Assembly (NCBI GenBank): GCA_022072055.1
Contig: JAJVIK010000008.1
Location: 141,980 to 205,979, forward strand
Length of the DNA stretch: 64,000 bases
Reading direction: 5' to 3'
Source: a bacterium
GTDB lineage: Bacteria > Hinthialibacterota > Hinthialibacteria > OLB16
The notes under the pieces are model-generated. The model had not been told where the DNA came from and searched no databases. It saw only the letters and a program-made list of their open reading frames with translations. Below are positions 37,010-46,099 of this stretch, one piece after another; position 1 is the stretch's first letter; each line of letters begins with the position of its first letter. Made by a program: the position numbers and the translations under genes.

Positions 37010-38217
37010 TGTTCCGCTCACACTTCTCCACTCAAAAGGCCGGGACGGAAAGACTCACGATGGTGGGAGTGTTCCTCAAGAACTCCATCGGATCGGGAAT
37101 GGGCCCGACGCTCGCCTATGTGGATCGGGAATCGCTCCGCAAGGTGAAACTCCCGCACCACGAAGCCTCCGAGCGTCTCAAGGAGTTCAAGGCGGAAAGC
37201 GGGGTTTCCGAGTGTTGGATCTGGAACACCTGCAACCGATTCTGTGTGTACGCCCTCCACAACGAGCGCCCGAGCGAGGTCCGCAGGAGGATCATCAACA
37301 CATTTTTCGCGCCGTTCGCGGATACACCTCACCAGCTCAATCTGCTCCAAGACCGTGAGGCGGTTCACCACCTGGTGCGGACCACCGCCGGATTGAACAG
37401 CGGGCTTCCCGGCGAGACCGATGTTCGCCAGCAGTTGGAGAGCGCGGTTCGCCTGGCCGAGTGTCTCGGCGCGGTGGGCGAGGGGGGCCTCGCGTTCATC
37501 CGGAGCGTGATATCCAAGGCGGATGACGCGCGCGCGCTGTCCTCGTGGGGAAACTTCTCGCCGAGCTACTGTCTCGCGGCGATGGAAGGGGTCTTTCACT
37601 GTGTGGATCGCGAAAAGGTTCTGGCCGGGGAGGTGGTGGTTGTGGGGAGCTCGAACACCAGCCGGACATCCATTGAACATCTCGCGCGGGATTTCGGAGT
37701 GGACCCCAAGCGGATCACCTTCTTCCACCGTTGCCATAAGTCCAACGGTCAGGTGAAGATGCTGCGTCGCGCGGTAGAGGGGTGCCGCCGCCGGCGGGTC
37801 GAGTCCTACAGCGATGCCGAGGTCCTCGAGGCCGTTTCCCGCGCCACTCTGGTGATTTACGGCATGGACAGCTCCGAACCGGTCCTTGGCGCCGAAGACC
37901 TGCATCGGATCCGCAAGGGAGCCGATCACCCGCTTGTGATTCTGGATTTCAACACTCTCGGCTCGACGACCGGAATCGAATCGCGCGGGAAGGTGGCGTT
38001 CTTCGATGCGCAGCATCTGGAGATCGCGGTTCAGGAGTACGCCGAACGGATGCAGCTCGATCCCAGATTCTGGGAGGCGGTGGATGAGGTGGAATCGCTG
38101 ATCGCGGCCTGGGTCGCGCAGCCCGCGGAGGAGTCGATTGTCGCGGAACCTCAGTTCCCGGGCTTGATGCTCCTACCGAGCAGCGAGATGCCGAGTTACA
38201 GTTTGTCAACATCCTGA
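37009..38217 (+). CDS. hemA: divergent glutamyl-tRNA reductase-like protein
   Basis: 402 aa. The N-terminal catalytic domain has WIWNTCNRFCVYAL (compare E. coli VVLSTCNRTELYL with the catalytic Cys) and AVHHLVRTTAGLNSGLPGETDVRQQLESA (compare [29 protein letters not shown]). The expected NADPH-binding GxGxxG is degenerate (VVVVGSSNTSRTSIE). TGATG overlap with hemH. Confidence 0.65.
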   Translation: MFRSHFSTQKAGTERLTMVGVFLKNSIGSGMGPTLAYVDRESLRKVKLPHHEASERLKEFKAESGVSECWIWNTCNRFCVYALHNERPSEVRRRIINTFFAPFADTPHQLNLLQDREAVHHLVRTTAGLNSGLPGETDVRQQLESAVRLAECLGAVGEGGLAFIRSVISKADDARALSSWGNFSPSYCLAAMEGVFHCVDREKVLAGEVVVVGSSNTSRTSIEHLARDFGVDPKRITFFHRCHKSNGQVKMLRRAVEGCRRRRVESYSDAEVLEAVSRATLVIYGMDSSEPVLGAEDLHRIRKGADHPLVILDFNTLGSTTGIESRGKVAFFDAQHLEIAVQEYAERMQLDPRFWEAVDEVESLIAAWVAQPAEESIVAEPQFPGLMLLPSSEMPSYSLSTS

Positions 38218-38228
38218 GGAGAGGTCCT

Positions 38229-39647
38229 GTGATTCCGGAAGCGTTTCCGCTCGACACATTCCGAAAATACGCGGGGCTGGCACTCCCACGACATGTCTCC
38301 TACCCGATGCCGACCGCCTGGTCGGATCGGGAGGGGGCCGACTTCGTCGGACAGCTTGCTCGCCGCGCGGGAGACCCGGACGCGCCCGGGATTTCGCTTT
38401 ACCTCCATCTTCCGTTTTGTGAAACCCTCTGCAAGTTCTGCGCGTGCAACAAGGTCATCCTGAAAAAGGAGGCCAAGGGGGCCGCGGACAAGCGTAACGC
38501 TTACCTCGAGGCCCTGCTGGCGGAGATCGATCGCGTGGCGGAACTTCCCGGCATGAACCGCCCGGTGCGCCAGATTCACTGGGGCGGCGGCAGCCCGACT
38601 TACCTTGACACCTCAGAGATCGCTGAGATTCAGGGGCGAATCGCCTCTCGGTTCTCCATCGCCCCCGATGCCGAAATCGCGATGGAGATCGATCCGCGCC
38701 ACACCACCGAGGATGTGCTCGCCACCCTCGCGCGACTTGGCTTCACTCGGGTCTCCATGGGCATCCAGGATTTTGATTCCGCGGTGCAGCAGCATGTTCA
38801 CCGGATTCAGCCCTATGAAATGGTTCGGGATGTGGTCGCCGGCGCGCGGCGCCACGGCTTTCGCTGGGTCAACTTCGATTTGATTTACGGCATGCCCTAC
38901 CAGACTTCGGAGACGGTCGCGGACATGGTTCGGAAAACCATCGAGATTCGTCCGGACCGGATCGCCTTCTACCATTACGCCCAAATCCCGGAAAAGATCG
39001 CCACCCAGCGCGGGATGGATTACACCCACCTCCCCGGCAGCGAGGAAAAACTTTCGATGTTTCTCGAGGCCATCGGGACCTTCGAGGCGGCGGGCTATGA
39101 TTTCATCGGACTGGACCACTTCGCGCTGCCGGAGGAGCCGCTCGCGCGATCCTTCCGGGATGGCACGATTCAGCGCAACTTCCAGGGCATGACCACGCAT
39201 GGCGGGTTGGACCTGATCGGCCTGGGGGTCTCCTCGATCACACACCTCATCGGCGTCGGCTTCTGGCAGAAGGTCAAGGAGATTGAGGCCTATGAAGAGG
39301 GGATTTCGCGCGGGGAGCTGCCCTACGATCGCGGCATCCACTTTTCGGAGGATGACCTGATTCGCCAAGCGGTCATCTCCGATCTGTACTGTTTCACTCG
39401 TTTTGATCCGGAGGATATCGGCCGCCGGTTCGGAATCCTCGGACGAGAGTACTTCGCGCGGGAGCTCGCGGACCTGGCGGAATTGGAGGCCGATGGTTTG
39501 GTCGAGTTTCGTCCGGATGGGGTGGTCGAGGTGACCGCGCCGCTGGGACGGGTCCTGCTTCGGAACATTGCCGCTGTTTTTGACGCCTATCTCGATCCGG
39601 GGGCCTACAAGCTCGGGGACCGGTATTACTACTCGGTGAGCGCCTGA
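38229..39647 (+). CDS. hemN: oxygen-independent coproporphyrinogen III oxidase (radical SAM)
   Basis: 472 aa. Radical-SAM cluster motif CETLCKFCAC. HemN-type GGGSPTYL motif. Length fits HemN rather than HemW. Confidence 0.85.
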   Translation: MIPEAFPLDTFRKYAGLALPRHVSYPMPTAWSDREGADFVGQLARRAGDPDAPGISLYLHLPFCETLCKFCACNKVILKKEAKGAADKRNAYLEALLAEIDRVAELPGMNRPVRQIHWGGGSPTYLDTSEIAEIQGRIASRFSIAPDAEIAMEIDPRHTTEDVLATLARLGFTRVSMGIQDFDSAVQQHVHRIQPYEMVRDVVAGARRHGFRWVNFDLIYGMPYQTSETVADMVRKTIEIRPDRIAFYHYAQIPEKIATQRGMDYTHLPGSEEKLSMFLEAIGTFEAAGYDFIGLDHFALPEEPLARSFRDGTIQRNFQGMTTHGGLDLIGLGVSSITHLIGVGFWQKVKEIEAYEEGISRGELPYDRGIHFSEDDLIRQAVISDLYCFTRFDPEDIGRRFGILGREYFARELADLAELEADGLVEFRPDGVVEVTAPLGRVLLRNIAAVFDAYLDPGAYKLGDRYYYSVSA

Positions 39648-39654
39648 CCCTCTC

Positions 39655-40683
39655 GTGAACCCGGAATCTGTCGCCCCACCGATCCTCCTGCGCGCCTTGC
39701 GCGGCGAGTCGACCGAGCGCGCGCCCGTGTGGCTGATGCGCCAGGCCGGCCGCTCCGATCCGGAATACCGCGCCCTACGGGAGCGTCACCCCGCTCCCCT
39801 TGAGGACCTCTTCCGAAATGTCGAACTCGCCGTGGAGATCTCGCTCCTGCCCCGCCGAATCGGAGTGGATGGGATCATCTTCTTCCAGGACATCCTCACT
39901 CCGCTCGCGCCGCTGGGCGCGCCCTTTGTGTTTCGTCCGGGACCGCGCCTGGAGAGTCCCATCCGGACCGCGGAGCAAGTCGAGGCGCTCCAACTGTATG
40001 ATGTCGGCGAGAGTCTCCCCTTTGTCGGGGAGACTCTTTCCCACTTGCGAAAAGAATGCGGAGCCGCGCTTCCCGTGCTCGGATTCGCGGGCGCTCCGCT
40101 CACCTTGCTGTACTTTCTGGTGGAGGGAAGATCGCCGGGAGAGGCCCAAGAGGCCGAACGTCTCCTGGGGGAGGCCCCGGAGGTCGCCCACGCCTTGCTC
40201 GGTAAACTTGCCGAGTTGACCATTCGCTATCTGGAGTTTCAAATAGCCTCCGGCGCGCAAGCGATCCAACTGTTCGAATCGGTGGCGGACCTTCCCACGG
40301 CGGCGCATTACAGGGAGTTCGCGTTGCCTTACCAGAGGGCGGTTTTTGAGGGAATCGGCGCAAGCGTTCCCCGAATCCTGTTCGCCAAGGGACTTCGGGA
40401 GCTCTCCCTGCTGAAGGCATCCGGCTCGGACGCGCAGAGCATCGCAAGCCACCGGACCATCGCCGAGGCGCGCGAGGAGCTTGGGCCCGATGCGGTTATC
40501 CAGGGCAATGTCAGCAATCGTTTGCTCGCGGAAGGGTCTTTGGACGAGATTGAGAGAGCGGCGCACAATTGCATTGAGAGCGGACAGAGGCGCGGGCATG
40601 TGCTCAACCTCGATCACGGAATCTTGCAGCACACCCCCTGGGAGAATGTGGTCCACTTCGTGAAATGCGCGAAAAGGAATTGA
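39655..40683 (+). CDS. hemE: uroporphyrinogen decarboxylase
   Basis: 342 aa. Signature APVWLMRQAGRSDPEYRALRE (PxWxMRQAGR) and downstream URO-D family regions. Confidence 0.9.
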   Translation: MNPESVAPPILLRALRGESTERAPVWLMRQAGRSDPEYRALRERHPAPLEDLFRNVELAVEISLLPRRIGVDGIIFFQDILTPLAPLGAPFVFRPGPRLESPIRTAEQVEALQLYDVGESLPFVGETLSHLRKECGAALPVLGFAGAPLTLLYFLVEGRSPGEAQEAERLLGEAPEVAHALLGKLAELTIRYLEFQIASGAQAIQLFESVADLPTAAHYREFALPYQRAVFEGIGASVPRILFAKGLRELSLLKASGSDAQSIASHRTIAEAREELGPDAVIQGNVSNRLLAEGSLDEIERAAHNCIESGQRRGHVLNLDHGILQHTPWENVVHFVKCAKRN

Positions 40684-40686
40684 ATC

Positions 40687-41883
40687 GTGGCCTCGTTAAT
40701 AGTCATCTTTTTCACCGTGTTCATCGACCTGATCGGGTTTGGGATCATCATCCCGATTCTGCAGCCCTATGGCCGGATGTATGGCGCGAGCGATCTGGAG
40801 GCGGGGCTGTTGATGGGCATCTTCCCCGCGGTGCAGTTTTTCGTTATTCCGGTCTGGGGTTGGCTTTCGCAGCGGTATGGGCGCAAGCCGATCATTCTGG
40901 TCGGGCTTTTCGGCACGGTTATCTCGTATGTGATCCTGGCGATGGCGGGAAGTCTGGCGATGCTCTTTGCCGGGCGGATTTTTGCGGGCATCTCCGCCGG
41001 AAACCTGGTCGCCGCGCAAGCGTACATCGCGGATATCACGCCTCCGGATAAGCGCGCGCATGGCATGAGCCTGATCGGGATCGCGTTTGGCCTGGGGTTC
41101 ATCCTGGGGCCGACCATCGGCGGAATCCTGAGCCAGCATTCCTTCGCGCTGCCTTCGATCGTGGCCGCGGTGTTCTCCGCAGTGGCCTTTCTGTTCGGCC
41201 TGTTTGTTCTGGTGGAGTCGCTTCCGCCCGAGAAACGGCAGGCGCATGGCCCGATGCGCCACCCCATCCTGGATATTTCCGAGGTGGCCTCGGACCCGGC
41301 GGTGATGCGGGTGATCCTGGCGAATTTCCTGTTCACCGTGGCGTTTTCCGCCTGGGAGACGGTGTTCGTGCTGTTTGTGGGCGAGGAGGTCATGCCGGGG
41401 GTGGAGGAAAAAGTCCTTTCGGGACGAGTGGGGTATCTCTTCGCGTTCGCGGGGCTGCTTTCGGCGCTGGTTCAAGGCGGGGGGATCCGACACCTGGTCA
41501 AGCGTCACGGCGAGAAACCGCTGGCGCAGGCGGGTTTTGTGCTTCTCATCCTGGGCTGCCTGGGGTTTGTCGCGATCTCATGGTCGGACTCGAATGTGGG
41601 GATCGGAGCGCTGCTGCCGGTGCTTGCCTTGATCGGGGTCGGTTCGGGTCTGGTGAACCCGACAGCTAGCGCGATGGTTTCGCGGCTGGTCGGTCCCGAT
41701 AAGCAGGGCCAAGTCTTTGGCGCCTTCCGGGGAATGGGAAGCCTGGGGCGGGTGATCGGTCCGGTTTCCGCCGCGTTCTTGTTCGCCTCGGTGGCGCACT
41801 CCGCGCCCTACCTCTTCGGAGTCGCGCTTTTGATCGGAGCGATCCTGCTGCTGGTTGGGGACATGCGCTACCACGGGGAGTGA
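40687..41883 (+). CDS. MFS transporter (12-TM, TCR/Tet-like drug:H+ antiporter family)
   Basis: 398 aa. MFS signature between TM2 and TM3 (GWLSQRYGRKPIILVGL). Motif C-like GPTIGGIL. Starts 4 bp after hemE. Confidence 0.85.
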   Translation: MASLIVIFFTVFIDLIGFGIIIPILQPYGRMYGASDLEAGLLMGIFPAVQFFVIPVWGWLSQRYGRKPIILVGLFGTVISYVILAMAGSLAMLFAGRIFAGISAGNLVAAQAYIADITPPDKRAHGMSLIGIAFGLGFILGPTIGGILSQHSFALPSIVAAVFSAVAFLFGLFVLVESLPPEKRQAHGPMRHPILDISEVASDPAVMRVILANFLFTVAFSAWETVFVLFVGEEVMPGVEEKVLSGRVGYLFAFAGLLSALVQGGGIRHLVKRHGEKPLAQAGFVLLILGCLGFVAISWSDSNVGIGALLPVLALIGVGSGLVNPTASAMVSRLVGPDKQGQVFGAFRGMGSLGRVIGPVSAAFLFASVAHSAPYLFGVALLIGAILLLVGDMRYHGE

Positions 41884-43864
41884 CCGGACTCTCCATCGGC
41901 TTTGGTTGGCGGCGGATACCGCGGGTGATACCTTTCCCTTGAAGCAGGTTCCGTGGAGGTTCCTCATCTTGCCAAGCCGTGCCGCCAGTCTCTCTCTACT
42001 CCTCACAATCAACATCCTTTCCGGCTTGGCTCCGACAGGGAGCGCCATTCCAGTTCCCGGGAGCGTTCTTGAACGCGACAGCGGCACACCCATTCCCGGC
42101 GCGAGGGTCCGTGTCCAGACCGCCCCCACGCATGTGGTGACCGATGCCTCCGGCGGGTTTGTCATCGACCTTGAAGTCGGCGTCCCGGTGAACGTCGTGG
42201 CGGCCAAGGAGGGCTATTACAACGGCGGCTTGGATGGGGGGTTCTACACTCCGCAGGATCCCCCCGCGCCCGCGATCCTGATTCTCGATCCGATTCCCGC
42301 CGAGCCGGTGTTGGAAAACCCCTTCAACCACCCCTCCGAGGGGCTTTCTTGCGGTTTCTGCCACGCTTCATTCTATTCGCAGTGGTTCGGCTCCGGCGAG
42401 GACCGGCCCTCTCGTCACTCCACCGCCGGACAAAACACTTGGGTCCGCGATCTCTATGATGGCTCCGGCACCGGGGGCGGACTCGCGCAGCCGGGATATG
42501 TCTTCAAGCGGGATTCCACCAGCGTGGCGGCGGGCAGCCCCTACACCACCGGACTCTGCGCGGAATGCCATCTGCCGATGCTGACCTCGCTGATCCCTGA
42601 AGGAACCTCACCCGAAAACCGCACGGAGCTCGCCGATGCCACCGCCGACTCTCCGCAAGGTTCGCTTGAACGTCTCGCCCATGATTTCGGGGTCTCCTGC
42701 GATGTCTGTCATAAGATGGAGAAGGTCGAACAGGACAATGGGAAATTGGGGAGGACCGCGTTTTTCGGCAAAGCCAAGCTGCGCGCCACCGCGACCGACC
42801 TTCAGTACGGTCCCCTGGATGATGTCACCGCGCGCACCGCCAACTTGATGCGCGCCTCATACAATCCCCTCCACACCCAGAGTCTGGTCTGCGCGCCTTG
42901 CCACGAATACAACATGGACCATGATTTTGACGGCGACTTTGATGACGAGGGGAGTCCGCCGGGACAAACCACTTATTCCGAATGGCTTGGCAGCGCCTAC
43001 GCCGAGGAGGGGATCACCTGCCAGAACTGCCACATGCCGCCCGCCGAGAACCCCGACAGTCTCGGTTTCGGGGGACCGGTTCGAGAGGCTACTCAGATTC
43101 ACAACCATGCCTTCGAGGGGACCACGCTCCCGTTCCTTCAGGCCGCGACCAACCTGGTGCTCGCGGCGAGCCGTGTGAACAACGAGCTGCGCGCGCGCGT
43201 GGAGGTCCGCAACATCGGCGCGGGGCACAACTTCCCCACCGGATTCACCACCCGGAATGTGATCCTCGCGGTCACCGCGACCACCAACATCGGCGAGCCC
43301 GTGTCCTGGGTTCCCAACGGAACGGACCTTGTCCCGGATTGGGGGGGAGTGGGACCCGATGAGAATGACTATGGGAACAGGCCGGGACGCGGCTTCGCGC
43401 GGGTGCTCTACGGGCGCGGGGATGTCGAGGGGACCACCAAAGAGCGCGTGGTCTTCATCGATGCCCTCGGGGAGGCAAGCAACACCACGATCCCACCCGG
43501 AGGTCTCGACCGCTCCCGCTATGTCTTCGACCTGAACACCGCTCAAGGCCAACTTGCGATAGTCGAGGCCAAGCTGGTCTATCGCCGGATGTGGAAGGAT
43601 GTGGTCGAAATCAAGGGTTGGACTCTGGACGCGCAAGGTTACCCTTATGGGGATGTGTTGGCGCACACCGCCACGGCGGAGGTTGTGATTGCTTCCCCCA
43701 CGGTGGACATCTTTCCAAACGGTCAGGTGGACCCCTTCGATCTGCATGCGTTCCTTGAAGATCGCAGCGGAGTGAGGAATCATCTGACCGATTTCGATGG
43801 AGCAAACGGCGAGGATATCCGCGACCTGTTTTATCTCGCGCGACGGTGGTATGGAGCGCCCTGA
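41855..43864 (+). CDS. secreted multihaem c-type cytochrome (5 CxxCH) with N-terminal carboxypeptidase-regulatory-like beta-sandwich domain and C-terminal dockerin-like motif
   Basis: Haem motifs CGFCHAS, CAECHLP, CDVCHKM, CAPCHEY, CQNCHMPP. N-terminal GSVLERDSGTPIPGARVRVQT...GGFVIDL (CarbopepD_reg-like). Signal-peptide-like FLILPSRAASLSLLLTINILSGLAPTGSA suggests the true start may be an internal TTG/GTG near 41938. C-terminal DFDGANGEDIRDLFYLARRWYG. Confidence 0.72.
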   Translation: MGTCATTGSDRTLHRLWLAADTAGDTFPLKQVPWRFLILPSRAASLSLLLTINILSGLAPTGSAIPVPGSVLERDSGTPIPGARVRVQTAPTHVVTDASGGFVIDLEVGVPVNVVAAKEGYYNGGLDGGFYTPQDPPAPAILILDPIPAEPVLENPFNHPSEGLSCGFCHASFYSQWFGSGEDRPSRHSTAGQNTWVRDLYDGSGTGGGLAQPGYVFKRDSTSVAAGSPYTTGLCAECHLPMLTSLIPEGTSPENRTELADATADSPQGSLERLAHDFGVSCDVCHKMEKVEQDNGKLGRTAFFGKAKLRATATDLQYGPLDDVTARTANLMRASYNPLHTQSLVCAPCHEYNMDHDFDGDFDDEGSPPGQTTYSEWLGSAYAEEGITCQNCHMPPAENPDSLGFGGPVREATQIHNHAFEGTTLPFLQAATNLVLAASRVNNELRARVEVRNIGAGHNFPTGFTTRNVILAVTATTNIGEPVSWVPNGTDLVPDWGGVGPDENDYGNRPGRGFARVLYGRGDVEGTTKERVVFIDALGEASNTTIPPGGLDRSRYVFDLNTAQGQLAIVEAKLVYRRMWKDVVEIKGWTLDAQGYPYGDVLAHTATAEVVIASPTVDIFPNGQVDPFDLHAFLEDRSGVRNHLTDFDGANGEDIRDLFYLARRWYGAP

Positions 43865-43903
43865 GTTGGCCGCGCGAATCCCAAAGAGAAAGGAATTCCA
43901 TCC

Positions 43904-46093
43904 ATGCTCCGAATACCGCTCCTCGAAGTCTTGTGTCTCCTGATGCTCGCGATCCCCATATGGGCGGAAACCATCCGGACCGAGTTCAAGGAATCCCCCC
44001 AGCCATGTGTCCGGTTCCAGTCAGGCCGCGTGGTGGCCGTGGAGGGGTTGCGCGAGGGGCGCTGGGTTTCGCGCTATTGGACCGCCGATGGGCGTTTCGA
44101 TTGGAGCAACGAACTACGCCAAGATGAGGCCCTCCTCATCACGATCCTGAAGACCCCCAGTGACTCCACTCCCACCGTGGTCTCAAGCGGTTGGAGGTTT
44201 GTTCGCTTTTCCGAATCGGAATGGGGCGCCGGCGGGGCGCGGGTCTGCACGGTTGAACTCGATCAGCCCACGCACGCCTTGAATCTGAAGATTCATACGG
44301 TCCTGGATGGAACCCCGATCTTGACCCGCACCCTGGAGATTACCAACGCATCGGATCACGCGGTGGCGCTCACCGAGTTGTCGGTCTGGTCGGGGAGGCA
44401 ATACGCGCACACTTACTATAAGAACTTCATCCGCGGGGAGGATCCCCTCCCGTTCCAGCTCGGCTCCTTTGTGAAAAACGAGTGGGGGTCGGAGGGTTGG
44501 TTCGATTGGAAACCCCTCGATCAAGGAACCACTATCCTCAAATGCGAGGAGGGGCAGGGTTTCAACGATCCGTTCTTTATCCTGCGGAACCGCGCCAAGG
44601 GTGAAAACCTGATCGGCCACCTGGCGTGGTCGGCGAACTGGGCCCTTGAGTTCGAGTACAAGAAGGCCAAGGACCCCGGCATCGATTGGGTCCGCTTCGC
44701 CCTCGGCCCGCGGGCGAAAGAGCCGCTCCGGGTCATCCGCCCTGGGGAATCCATCAGGACCCCGGCCGTGCATCTTGGCCTTGTGGCTGGGGACCTCGAC
44801 CAGACTGTTCAGGGCATGCACGAGCACCTTCGCCGCTCGGTCCTCCCGAAGCGCGCCGAGGGACGTGATGGGTTGATCCAATATCTGGTTCCCGCCGACC
44901 AAGGGTATCTGCGTGAGCACCCCGAAGGCATGACTGAGAAGACCGTGCGCGAGAACATCGACCTCGCGGCCGCGATTGGGACCGAGCTCTTCATCCTGGA
45001 CGCGGGATGGTGGACGAACACGCTCGACTGGGTCCCCGATACGGCCCGGTTTCCAGCCGGGATCAAGCCGCTGCGCGACTACGCCCACGAGAAAGGGATG
45101 CTGTTCGGAGTGTATGCGGAACTGGAAGGGGGGCGCGGCGCGGTTCACGCGAGCCACACCGCGAAGGAACATCCCGAATGGATTGGTCCCAAGGCGATCC
45201 TCAATCTCACAATCCCTAAGGCCGCCGCTTGGATGGAGAGCGAACTTCACCGTCTGATTGAGGAGAACGAGCTGGACCTCTTTCGCCTCGACTACAACCC
45301 GCTGTTCACCGGGGAAGGCCCCTCGACCTTGCGCGAGGGTTTCCGTGAGAACAACGCCTGGCGGTATTACGAAGCTGTTTACTCGGTCTATGAGCGGGCG
45401 AGAACAACCTATCCGAACTTGATCCTGCAACAGTGCGCGGCGGGCGGGGCCAGAAATGATCTGGGGATCATGTCCCAGTTTCATGAGGCCTACCTGACCG
45501 ACGGACTCTGGATTCCGAATGTCCTGAGAAGCTTTTACGGTCAGAGCCTGGGGATCCCGCCGGAGGTGTTTGTAACCGCGCATGGCGCCTTTGGGCAACC
45601 GGGGCGTGGTCGCGCGGGGAATCCGGACACTCATCTTCGGATGACTTACGCCCTGGGCACCCCGCTGCACTTTTCCGGGATGGTCGCGCCGGACCTTGAG
45701 TCGATGCCTGAGGAGCGCCGCGCGCTGTTTGGCCGTTATGCCGAGGTCTACAAGCGGTTCATGAAGCCGCTGCTTCCGACCTGCCGGATGTTCCATCATG
45801 CCCCCGCCGACCTATCCGGGGGCGTGGATTCGAGCGGGTGGTTCGCGGCTGAGTTCGCCGCGCCCGATGGCGGGAAGGGCTGGACACTGATCGCCAACAT
45901 CGGCGAAAGTGAAAACGACACCTATCTCTTCCACCCGCGCGGCCTGCTCCCAAACAAGACCTACCGGATCACCTTCGATTCGCTCGATTCCTCCGCGGTC
46001 ATTCCGGGATTCGAGCTCATGCGGGATGGAATTCCGGTCCGTCTTGAGAATCTTGGAAGCTCGGAGTTGCTGTTGTTTGAGGAAGCGGGATAG
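43904..46093 (+). CDS. alpha-galactosidase, glycoside hydrolase family 36
   Basis: 729 aa. Signal peptide. GH36 motifs ELFILDAGWW (compare FVLDDGWF), FRLDYNP (compare KWDMN, nucleophile region), LQQCAAGGARNDLG (compare CSGGGGR acid/base region). Confidence 0.78.
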   Translation: MLRIPLLEVLCLLMLAIPIWAETIRTEFKESPQPCVRFQSGRVVAVEGLREGRWVSRYWTADGRFDWSNELRQDEALLITILKTPSDSTPTVVSSGWRFVRFSESEWGAGGARVCTVELDQPTHALNLKIHTVLDGTPILTRTLEITNASDHAVALTELSVWSGRQYAHTYYKNFIRGEDPLPFQLGSFVKNEWGSEGWFDWKPLDQGTTILKCEEGQGFNDPFFILRNRAKGENLIGHLAWSANWALEFEYKKAKDPGIDWVRFALGPRAKEPLRVIRPGESIRTPAVHLGLVAGDLDQTVQGMHEHLRRSVLPKRAEGRDGLIQYLVPADQGYLREHPEGMTEKTVRENIDLAAAIGTELFILDAGWWTNTLDWVPDTARFPAGIKPLRDYAHEKGMLFGVYAELEGGRGAVHASHTAKEHPEWIGPKAILNLTIPKAAAWMESELHRLIEENELDLFRLDYNPLFTGEGPSTLREGFRENNAWRYYEAVYSVYERARTTYPNLILQQCAAGGARNDLGIMSQFHEAYLTDGLWIPNVLRSFYGQSLGIPPEVFVTAHGAFGQPGRGRAGNPDTHLRMTYALGTPLHFSGMVAPDLESMPEERRALFGRYAEVYKRFMKPLLPTCRMFHHAPADLSGGVDSSGWFAAEFAAPDGGKGWTLIANIGESENDTYLFHPRGLLPNKTYRITFDSLDSSAVIPGFELMRDGIPVRLENLGSSELLLFEEAG

Positions 46094-46099
46094 AACATC

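Noticed and set aside
40696-41508. 270-aa minus-strand ORF antisense to the MFS transporter gene
   Set aside because: Highly Arg/His-rich. The MFS signature is on the plus strand.
44183-45799. 538-aa minus-strand ORF antisense to the GH36 gene
   Set aside because: No motifs. GH36 signatures are on the plus strand.
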